Below are positions 29,152-37,345 of a stretch of DNA of 64,000 bases, piece after piece. Under the pieces are notes generated by a model. The model was not told the DNA's origin. It saw nothing but the letters and a program-made list of their open reading frames with translations, and did not search any database. The position numbers were made by a program, and so were the translations under genes. This DNA is from an uncultured Acidobacteriota bacterium (GTDB lineage: Bacteria > Acidobacteriota > Thermoanaerobaculia > Multivoradales > UBA5704): the NCBI GenBank assembly GCA_963832495.1, contig CAWHUF010000014.1, positions 279,308 to 343,307 of the forward strand. Reading direction: 5' to 3'. Within the stretch, counting starts at the first letter, position 1. Every line of letters begins with the position of its first letter.

Positions 29152-29375
29152 ACACCAATGTGAAATCGCAACTGAACGTCGGCCGGGGCTCGACGGCCGC
29201 TCAGTACGATTACGACTTCAGCGACTGGAGCCTCTACAACACCGGGGGAGGCGACTCCGACGGCGTGGGCCACTTCCGGGCCAAGAACAACACGGGCGTC
29301 ATCCAGCGCAACATGGTCACGACCGCCTGCACGGGTACGGGCTGCTGCTCGGGCTACGGGTATTCCTGCCAGTAA
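29118..29375 (+). CDS. small hypothetical protein with Cys-rich C-terminus (CTGTGCCSGYGYSC)
   Basis: It has high-GC3 codon usage consistent with coding, and GAGGAT ~11 nt upstream. It overlaps the hydrolase remnant. No signal peptide is present. Confidence 0.3.
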   Translation: MGCGDTSKFDSYTNVKSQLNVGRGSTAAQYDYDFSDWSLYNTGGGDSDGVGHFRAKNNTGVIQRNMVTTACTGTGCCSGYGYSCQ

Positions 29376-29589
29376 GCGTTTTCATAGGGGCTCTCCCGGG
29401 CCCCGGACCTCCGCCTTACAGATCCGATTCGTCACTGACGTGTCAGAAACCCCCTGAAAAGGGTTTCTGTACGCGAAAACCGCGAAATTTCCTGGCATCA
29501 CCCTTGCTCTACCCCCTGATCAGGATCCGGAAGCGAAGAAAAAACAGCACGATCTGAGGACCCGAAGAGGTCCAGAAGGGGGGAATTTT

Positions 29590-31038
29590 ATGCGATCGAT
29601 CACTGGAGCCCTGATGGTTACCCTGTTCATCGCGGTTTACGAAATGTTTTCGCCCGCCGGAGCGGCGGCCAGTGCCGGAGTCAACATCTCGCCTGTCTCC
29701 GGCCTCTCCACCACGGAAGAAGGGCGCGCGGCCAGCTTCACGGTCTCTCTGGCGGCGCAGCCCGCAGCGAACGTGGTGATCGAGCTGGCCTCGACGGACA
29801 CGGGCGAAGGCACCGTCTCGCCGGCTTCGTTGACGTTCACGCCGGCGAGCTGGAGCTCTCCGCAGACCGCTTCCGTTACGGGCCAGCCCGACAGCTTCGA
29901 GGACGGCGACATCAGCTATTCCATTCAGACGTCGGTCCAGAGTGCCGATTCGCAATATGCGGCCCTCAATCCTCCGGACGTCGCCCTGATCAATTTCGAC
30001 GAGGACGGCGACCGGGATGACGACGGTCTGGCCGATGCGGAAGACTCGGATGACGACGGGGACGGCGTGGACGACCTGACGGAGATGGATGCTCCCCAGG
30101 ACGGCGACGGCAACGCCGACGGCACGCCCGACAGCCTCCAGGCCCGGGTGGCGTCGCTCCGCTCGGGCACGGACAAGTCGTTCATGACCCTGGAAGCCAG
30201 CACCTGCTCCGGGGGCTTCTTCAACGTCCGGGCGGTGACGGAGGGCGTCGTGGGAGAGGCGGACGAGGATTACGACTATCCCTTCGGCCTGGTGCTGTTC
30301 CGTCTGTCCTGTGAAGAGGCGGACGTGACCCTGTGGTTCCATGGCGAAGGCGCCTCGGCCTACGAGGACGAGGACTACCGGGGGCACGCGGTCGAAGAGG
30401 AGACCGGCGGCTGGAGTCAGGCCGGTACTGCCATCCTGGATTCGGGCAACGGCCTGCTCCGCGTGACGCTGGAGCTCGCGGAGGAAAGCGAGGGGCATGA
30501 GAGGCTGGGCGGCCTGGCCGTGCCGTCGGAGTCCTTGATCTCCTCGGAGCGCATCGACGAGCTTTTCCTGCCGGAGCCTGCCGCTTCGGGAGTCTCAAGC
30601 CAGCCTCTGATCCTCGGCACTCACGAAGTGTCGAACGTCACGGAGGAGCCGAACGACGAAGTCTCTATGACGTATACGGTGACCCTGGAGAACGTGGGGA
30701 CGGCCTCCCAGCCCGACAACTCCGGACCCGAAGTCGTCACGTTCCTGCCTCCGAACAGCACGGTGGACCTGAACACCCTGTCGGCGAGCAGCGGAACGCT
30801 CAGCGTCATCTCCCAGGGCGGCTATGACGTTGCTCTGGTCTGGAGCTTCGAGCTTGGGACTCAGAGTACGGCCACCAGCTCGGTGAAGATCGTGCTGCCC
30901 AACGATCCGATCGATGGGTTCACCCTGCAGTCCACAATTCTGATGGATGCCGACGGGTTTGACGGCAATGAGACGCTCTCCCTCACGGATGATCCGAACC
31001 AGTCCAGGAGCGTGGACCCGACCCCTGTTCCGCAGTAA
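29590..31038 (+). CDS. secreted hypothetical protein with acidic linker and C-terminal DUF11-like repeat
   Basis: A signal peptide (MRSITGALMVTLFIAVYEMFSPAGAAASA) is followed by a D-rich region (DEDGDRDDDGLADAEDSDDDGDGVDD). A DUF11-like segment (MTYTVTLENVGTASQPDNSGPE) is similar to the one in the M36 peptidase. Confidence 0.65.
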   Translation: MRSITGALMVTLFIAVYEMFSPAGAAASAGVNISPVSGLSTTEEGRAASFTVSLAAQPAANVVIELASTDTGEGTVSPASLTFTPASWSSPQTASVTGQPDSFEDGDISYSIQTSVQSADSQYAALNPPDVALINFDEDGDRDDDGLADAEDSDDDGDGVDDLTEMDAPQDGDGNADGTPDSLQARVASLRSGTDKSFMTLEASTCSGGFFNVRAVTEGVVGEADEDYDYPFGLVLFRLSCEEADVTLWFHGEGASAYEDEDYRGHAVEEETGGWSQAGTAILDSGNGLLRVTLELAEESEGHERLGGLAVPSESLISSERIDELFLPEPAASGVSSQPLILGTHEVSNVTEEPNDEVSMTYTVTLENVGTASQPDNSGPEVVTFLPPNSTVDLNTLSASSGTLSVISQGGYDVALVWSFELGTQSTATSSVKIVLPNDPIDGFTLQSTILMDADGFDGNETLSLTDDPNQSRSVDPTPVPQ

Positions 31039-31061
31039 AGCCAGAGCTGCCAAGGTTTTGT

Positions 31062-31097
31062 GAGCCCGGCGGTTCGCCGCCGGGCTCCCTCTTTTGG
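31062..31097 (+). terminator. rho-independent terminator
   Basis: The hairpin AGCCCGGCGGttcGCCGCCGGGCT is followed by CCCTCTTTTGG. Confidence 0.6.
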
Positions 31098-31157
31098 CGA
31101 TCCCCCCGGGGCTCTGCTAAGCTGAGCCCCTCAAGGACTGTTTAGAAGAGCCGTTCA

Positions 31158-33696
31158 ATGGCCTCTGCCCACGCCCCGATCCGAAGTCGATGGACCGCGG
31201 GAGGTCTCGGCCTCTTTCTGGTCCTGCTCTGCCTTTCCCCCGCCCTGGCCTGGGAGGAACAGGAGGCGCAGGAAGCGGTACGCTCCTTCCGTTTGGGGCA
31301 GGAGCTCCTCAACCAAGGCGATCTGGATGCCGCTCTGGCCGCCGCGCGCCGGGCTCTCGCCATCCAGCAACGGATCTACGGGCCCGAGAACCTGGAAACC
31401 GCCCAGGGCCACGCTCTCGTCGGCCAGGTCCTCTATGCCCGCGACGATCTCGAAGGCGCGTTCGAGGCCATGCGCCGCGCGCTCGACATCAGCGATAGAA
31501 CGCTGGGCTCCGGTCATCCGGATTCCGCGACGTTCCTGGCGTTTCTGGCAATCATTCTGAACAAGCGCGGGGATCTGGACGGCGCTCTGCACTATCAACG
31601 AAGCGCCCTCCGCATCCTCGAGGCGAACCCGGGGAGCGATTACGACAATGCCATCCAGGCGCTTGCCAATCTGGGCACGACGCTCTATCAAAGAGGCGAG
31701 CTGGAGGAAGCCCTGGAGGTGACCCAGGAGGCTCTGCAGAGGGATGAAAAGCTCTTCGGTCCTGATCACGCCAGGGTGGCCCAGCGGTACCGCAACCTCG
31801 GAAGGATCCACCTGAAGCTCGGGGACCTGGACGCCGCTCTCCAGAATACCCGGCAGGCCCACCAGATCTTCCAGCGGACTCTCAAGGCCGGCGATCCAGA
31901 GATCGCGATGACTGTCAGTGCTCTCGGCATGACCTTTCAGGAGAAGGGCGACCTCGACGCCGCGCTCCGTTTCCATCAGAGCGCACTACAGATCGACGAG
32001 CGCAACTACGGCCCCGATCATTCCAGAGTCGCCACCCGCCTCAACAACCTGGCTGGCGTGCTGCTGCAGAAAGGAGACCTTCAGGGCGCCCTGAAAGCCG
32101 CCCAGAGGGCCTTGCGGATCGACGAGAAGCCTTCCAGCCTCGATGGCCCCGATGTCGCCCGCGACAGCGACACCCTGGCCCGGATCCTCCTCGCAAAGGG
32201 CGATCTGGACGGCGCCCTGAAGGCCTCCAAGCGGGCCTTGAGCATCGACGAATCGACCTTCGGGAAGGATCACCCCGAGGTCGCCCGGGACAGCGATACG
32301 CTGGCCGCGATCCTCCTCGAGCGAGGAGAGACCGATGCTGCCTTGAGGTCCGCCCGTCGCGCCCTGGACATCGGGCAAAAGGCCTTCGGTCCCGATCTGC
32401 CCGTCGTCGCCCAGTACTCCCGGAGGGCCGGGCTGGTTCTCCAGGAGAAAGGCGACCTCGCGGGCGCGCGGAGCCACTTCGAGCGGGCCCTCCGGATCTA
32501 CCAGAAGAAATACGGCCCGGACCATCCCAGGACCCGGCAATCGGCGGCGGACCTCAGGCTCCTCGACGAGCGCAGGGAGGCGGCCTCCCGGAAGATCCTT
32601 GCCATCGTGGCCCTGGTCCTCCTGGGAGCGGCGGCGGTCGCCGGCCTGTTCTTCTACCGGCGCCGGCGCCGGGTCCCGGCAACACAGGGACCGTCGTCCA
32701 GCGGCTCCGTGTCGGCGGGGCCGTCAGCCAGCGGCGTCCTCGGCACTCTCGCCTTGAACGAGGCCTCGGACGACACCCCTGTGGAAGGGTTGACGCGGAT
32801 CGGCCCCTACCGCCTCGAAGAGCGCCTGGGCGCGGGCGGCATGGGCGTGGTCTACCGGGCCTACGACGAACGCCTGGACCGCCGTGTGGCCGTCAAGATC
32901 ATCCCGCCGGGCAAGAGCCGGGACCCCCAGCGGCGCGAGCGGCTCCGGCGGGAGGCCCAGGCCAGCGCGCGGTTGAGCCATCCGTCCATCGTCCAGATCC
33001 ATGACTTCGTCCAGACGGACGAGATCGATGGCATCGTCATGGAGCTGGTGGACGGGATCCCCCTGTCCCGCCTGCTGTGGCAAGGGCCGCTGGATCTCTA
33101 CCGCGCTCTCCAGGTCGCCCGCGACATCACCGACGCCTTGGCCGAAGCTCATTCCAAAGGGATCATCCACCGCGACCTCAAATCCGAGAACGTGATCATC
33201 ACCCCCTCGGGACGCGCCAAAATCCTCGACTTCGGGATCGCCAAACGGGTCGACCGGGAAGATCCCGCGCTGACCACGGAGGGCGCCGTGATCGGCACCT
33301 ACCGGGCCATGGCCCCCGAGCAGGCCCAGGGGCATGAGATGGATCACCGGGCCGACCTCTTCGCCCTGGGCACGCTCTTTTACGAGATGTTCACGGGGCA
33401 GTCGCCGTTCCTGGGATCGACCGCCGCCGACACGCTGTGGCGGATCTGCTGCCACCAGCAGGCTCCGGCGCGGACCGCCAACCCCCGCGTGCCGGAAGAA
33501 CTCTCGGAAGCTCATCGACCAGTTGCTCCAGAAGGAGCCCCAGCAACGCCCCCAGAACGCGAGCGAGGTGGCGGCCATCCTGACCGTCCTGGCAGGGACC
33601 TCCGGCTTGGATTCGAGCTCCCCGACCGCGCTCCTGCCGGAGCACGAGGCCTCCACGTTCTTCGAGCCCTTCACGCCCCGGAAGCGCAGTACCTGA
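31158..33696 (+). CDS. TPR-repeat Ser/Thr protein kinase (N-terminal TPR array, TM helix, C-terminal STK domain); apparent 2-nt deletion/frameshift near 33510
   Basis: It has about 9 TPR-like repeats (GDLDAAL ... A ... AL ... FGP(D/E)HP ... A). A TM helix follows (ILAIVALVLLGAAAVAGLFFY). The kinase motifs are GAGGMGVVY ... VAVK, HRDLKSEN, DFGIA and APE. The C-terminal tail (KLIDQLLQKEPQQRP) continues in ORF 33334..33696 after the frame break. Confidence 0.75.
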
Positions 33697-33705
33697 CAGA
33701 AATAG

Positions 33706-34452
33706 TTACGCCCTCTGAGCCTGCTTCGCCACCGTCTCGGCCGCCTTGCGTGCCGCCTCGGGGTCGCCCAGGTAGTAGTGATTGAGCGGCTTGAGCTCGT
33801 CGTCCAGCTCATACACGAGCGGGATGCCGGTAGGGATGTTGAGCCCCACGATCTCCTTTTCAGAGACGCCGTCCAGGTGCTTGACCAGCGCCCGCAGGCT
33901 GTTGCCGTGGGCCGCGATGATCACCCGCTTGCCGGCCTGGAGCTGGGGGACGATCGTGCCGTGCCAGTAGGGGAGGAAGCGCGCGACCGTGTCCTCGAGC
34001 GACTCGGCCACGGGCAGCTCTTCGGGGGAGAGATCGGCATAGCGCCGGTCGTGGCCGGGATAGCGAGGATCGTCCCGTTCGAGAGGCGGCGGCGGATCGC
34101 CGTAGCTGCGGCGCCAGATGAGCACCTGCTGATCCCCGTACCTGGCCGCGGTCTCCGCCTTGTTGAGCCCTTGGAGCGCGCCGTAGTGCCGCTCATTCAG
34201 GCGCCAGTTGCGGTGGACCGGCAGCCACATCAGGTCCATGTCGTCCATCACGATCCAAAGCGTGCGGATGGCCCGCTTGAGCAGCGACATATAGGCCAAG
34301 TCGAAGGTGTAGCCGCCCTCCTGGAGCAGGCGGGCCGCCTCGTGGGCCTCCGCGATCCCCTTGGGCGTGAGGTCCACGTCCGTCCATCCCGTGAAGCGGT
34401 TTTCCAGGTTCCAGAGACTCTCTCCGTGGCGGAGAAGGACCAGCTTGATCAT
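33706..34452 (-). CDS. gpmA: 2,3-bisphosphoglycerate-dependent phosphoglycerate mutase
   Basis: It carries the [23 protein letters not shown] and RHYGALQG signatures, and is full length. Confidence 0.9.
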   Translation of the reverse strand: MIKLVLLRHGESLWNLENRFTGWTDVDLTPKGIAEAHEAARLLQEGGYTFDLAYMSLLKRAIRTLWIVMDDMDLMWLPVHRNWRLNERHYGALQGLNKAETAARYGDQQVLIWRRSYGDPPPPLERDDPRYPGHDRRYADLSPEELPVAESLEDTVARFLPYWHGTIVPQLQAGKRVIIAAHGNSLRALVKHLDGVSEKEIVGLNIPTGIPLVYELDDELKPLNHYYLGDPEAARKAAETVAKQAQRA

Positions 34453-34524
34453 CGCACCTCCCTCCTTGCGGGGGAGAGGATATCAGCGGGGGGGCGGCCA
34501 CGGGGCCGCCACCCCGCGGGGGAT

Positions 34525-34677
34525 TTAGCAGAGGCTGCTGCCACAGTCCAGGATGCAGGTGGGGTTGCCGCACCGGCTGCCGCTGATCCCGCCGAGGACG
34601 GCCTTGATGTCGTTCTCGTCCAGCTTCCGGAGGGTTTCCTTGGACAGCGTGAGCTTCTGGATCTGCTTCTTCATGAC
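34525..34677 (-). CDS. RiPP-like precursor peptide (double-glycine-type leader + Cys/Ser/Thr-rich core)
   Basis: It encodes MKKQIQKLTLSKETLRKLDENDIKAVLGG|ISGSRCGNPTCILDCGSSLC. AGGAG lies 8 nt upstream of the ATG. No maturation enzymes are adjacent. Confidence 0.5.
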   Translation of the reverse strand, partial: VMKKQIQKLTLSKETLRKLDENDIKAVLGGISGSRCGNPTCILDCGSSLC

Positions 34678-34741
34678 GGGTACTCCTGATTTTTTGTTCG
34701 CCAGGCGACCTTCATTGACCGCCACAGGCTTTCTAACGTTG

Positions 34742-35950
34742 CTAAGACGAGAAAGCCCTCACGGCCAGGAGCACCGCGTCGCCTTTCCAGGGAGCCGAGA
34801 GGCGCCGCCTCCTCCCGCCCTCGATCGTCCCGCCGTCCACCGTCCTGCCGGTCCCGGGCTCCAGCCATTCGGCGGCGAGTGTCCCCTCGATCCGCGACAA
34901 GTCCACTTTTCCGCGCCCCCCCGGCAGCCAGGTGAGGATCTCCTTCCTGTTCATCAGGGCGTAGGCTGATTCGTCCGGGATGCAAGCCGCGAGGTCGATC
35001 CGTTTTGAGTAGAGCAGGGTCTCTCCCATGGCCCGGCGCGCGGCCTCGCGGACGGGGTCGCCGTCGAGCGGGTCCATGTAGATGGGATGGTGGCCGCGGA
35101 GGAACGTCTTCCAGACCCAGTCCGGGCCGCCGCCGATCCCCCAGAGATGGTCCGTGTCCACCAGGACCATCTTGGAGCCGTCCGCCGGGGGCGGATCGCG
35201 GCGCCAGCCCCCCTTGTTGCCAGGGGAGACCCAGTCCGCGGGGCTCTGGAACAGCTCCGCGTTCCGGTTACCGGGGAAGCAGGCCGTCATGCCGATGAGG
35301 TGCCGGCCCCGGTCCACGCTCCGCAGGTGGCGGATCAGGTGGTACTGCCAGTCGCGCGACTCGCGGGGGCTCTCGTTCGAAATCTCCCAGAGGACGTGGT
35401 CCTGATCGCCCACCGTCTCCACGACCTTCTCCAGATAGGCCTCCTGCAGCCGGGTGATCGCCGGGACGCGCAGGGTGTGCACGTCCGAGCCCTCTCCCCG
35501 GGCGTCCGGATCGCCGTCGATGCCGTTGACGTTGTTGCGCCGGTTGAAGGGGTGGCGGTCCCACGGATTCCCCTCGCCCTTGTCGTGGATCGACCAGCCG
35601 TTGAACAGCATCACCGACACGTAGAAGTCCCGCTCGCCGGCCCGGGCCACCCGCTGGCGGAGACGCTCGAAATACTCGGGATTGAACCGCGTCAGATCGA
35701 ACCGGGGGCCTGTCCGCAGCCACGGCCGTGGATGAAGCTCATGCGTCCAGGCCTCATGAGCCCAGAACCGGATGAAGTTGTGCCCCCAGGACTGCAGGCG
35801 GTCCAGGTAGCCCTCGAAATCGAAGCCGCCGGGCCGCTCGCCGTTGTCCACCAGGACGTCCCAGTGATGGGACCCGGTGAGGTAGATGGCGCGGCCTTGG
35901 GCATCCTGAAAGTAGCGAGGGTTGCCGGGGTGGACGCGCAGCGGGGGCAT
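34742..35950 (-). CDS. putative glycoside hydrolase (GH5/GH140-like, DUF4038-type)
   Basis: A long ORF with W/H-rich catalytic-barrel-like motifs (YLTGSHHWDVL ... NFIRFW ... VLWEISNE). I chose the start at internal Met MPPLRV to avoid a 5' overlap with the divergent gene. The start is uncertain. Confidence 0.5.
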   Translation of the reverse strand: MPPLRVHPGNPRYFQDAQGRAIYLTGSHHWDVLVDNGERPGGFDFEGYLDRLQSWGHNFIRFWAHEAWTHELHPRPWLRTGPRFDLTRFNPEYFERLRQRVARAGERDFYVSVMLFNGWSIHDKGEGNPWDRHPFNRRNNVNGIDGDPDARGEGSDVHTLRVPAITRLQEAYLEKVVETVGDQDHVLWEISNESPRESRDWQYHLIRHLRSVDRGRHLIGMTACFPGNRNAELFQSPADWVSPGNKGGWRRDPPPADGSKMVLVDTDHLWGIGGGPDWVWKTFLRGHHPIYMDPLDGDPVREAARRAMGETLLYSKRIDLAACIPDESAYALMNRKEILTWLPGGRGKVDLSRIEGTLAAEWLEPGTGRTVDGGTIEGGRRRRLSAPWKGDAVLLAVRAFSS

Positions 35951-36021
35951 GCGGGGGCCGAGGGTAGCATGGGACGCGCTATGCTTCCCTCCACATGACC
36001 CCACCCTACGGCTGTCAATCC

Positions 36022-36864
36022 ATGGTCGCCCCTCTCCGCAGAGTCCTCGTCCGCCGTCCCGGCGAGGCCTTCGGCGCCGCCGATCCGGTGCGCTGGCACT
36101 ACACCTCCCGTCCCGATCTCAACGAAGCCCGTCGCGAGCACGACGCTCTCGTGGAGGTGCTGCGCGAATTCGGGGCCGAGGTCATCGAGCACTCCGAGCC
36201 CCTGCCGGACCGGGCGGATTCCATCTATGTCTTCGACCCTGTCCTCATCACCGAGCGCGGCACGGTCCTCCTGCGGATGGGCAAGGCCCTGCGCCGGGGC
36301 GAGGAGGAGGCCCTGGGCCGCCGCCTCCAGGAGATCGGCATCCCGATCTTCGGAGCCCTCCAGGGCGAGGCCACGGCGGAAGGAGGAGATCTCCTCTGGA
36401 TCGACCGCCACACCCTGGCCGCGGGGCAGGGTTTCCGCACCAACGCCGAAGGGCTCCGACAGCTGCGCGACATCCTTTCTCCTCTAGGAGTCGAGGTGAT
36501 CCCCGTCGAGCTGCCCTACTTCGGAGGTCCCGAGGCCTGCCTCCATCTCCTCTCCCTGATCAGCATGCTGGACCACGACCTCGCGGTGGTCTATCCGCAG
36601 CTTCTGGCAGTCCCCTTCTGGAACCTGCTGCGAGACCGGGGCATCCGCCTCATCGAGGTGCCGGAGGAGGAGTGGCCCACCCAGGGCCCCAACGTCCTGG
36701 CCCTCGCCCCGCGCAAGCTCCTGATGCTGGAAGGCAATCCCGTGACCCGCCGCCGCCTGGAGGCGGCGGGCTGCGAGGTGAAGACCTACAAGGGGAACGA
36801 GATCTCCCTCAAAGCCGAGGGTGGGCCGACGTGCCTGACGCGGCCGGTATGGCGGGACGGTTAG
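36022..36864 (+). CDS. dimethylarginine dimethylaminohydrolase / amidinotransferase-family protein
   Basis: It reads MVAPLRRVLVRRPGEAF ... SIYVFDPVLIT ... EGGDLLWI ... and ends in a C-terminal Cys (EGGPTCLTRPV). This pattern is typical of the DDAH / arginine deiminase fold. Confidence 0.65.
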   Translation: MVAPLRRVLVRRPGEAFGAADPVRWHYTSRPDLNEARREHDALVEVLREFGAEVIEHSEPLPDRADSIYVFDPVLITERGTVLLRMGKALRRGEEEALGRRLQEIGIPIFGALQGEATAEGGDLLWIDRHTLAAGQGFRTNAEGLRQLRDILSPLGVEVIPVELPYFGGPEACLHLLSLISMLDHDLAVVYPQLLAVPFWNLLRDRGIRLIEVPEEEWPTQGPNVLALAPRKLLMLEGNPVTRRRLEAAGCEVKTYKGNEISLKAEGGPTCLTRPVWRDG

Positions 36865-36976
36865 ATCCACCCCTTCCGGGCGGTGCCCCGCTGCAGATCC
36901 CTTGCTACATTGGAGCGGCTCCAGCCGCGCCATTCCTGCGCGCCCTTCCCCTGGAAGCTCCTGGAGGGACACTCCC

Positions 36977-37300
36977 ATGGCCACGACGATGGATACCACG
37001 CTCGGCGAGAAGGCACCTGGCAGGCCCCGGCATCGGGAATTATCAGGACGTCGAGAAGATCCTCCCAGCGGCCTACGCCTCGCTCCTCACTCTCAAGGAG
37101 ACGCAGATCGCCCTCACCGCCCTCAAGCGCTACATCAAGGATAACCTCTGCAAGGAGCTGAACCTGATCCGTGGCGTGGTGCCGCTGATCGTGGACGTCG
37201 AAAGCGGCGTCAACGACTACTTGGACCGCGACGGCTCGCGCACCCCGTCGGGTTCCATATCTCCAACGATCACGGTCAGAACCCTATCGACGCCCAGGGC
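36977..37300 (+). pseudogene. asnA: aspartate--ammonia ligase, N-terminal fragment (frameshifted)
   Basis: After MATTMDTTLGEKAPG the frame shifts. The next frame gives YQDVEKILPAAYASLLTLKETQIALTALKRYIKDNLCKELNLIRGVVPLIVDVESGVNDYLDRDGSRTP, which resembles the AsnA N-terminus (... [31 protein letters not shown] ...). Confidence 0.6.
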
Positions 37301-37345
37301 CTCGGCCAACTTGCCCAACCCAGTGTACCCTCTGGTGGTGGTAGA

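Noticed and set aside
35995-36021. Longer N-terminal extensions of the DDAH-like and glycoside-hydrolase ORFs that would make the divergent genes overlap at their 5' ends
   Set aside because: Divergent 5' overlap is implausible. Internal Met starts (36022 and 35950) leave a 71-bp divergent promoter region.
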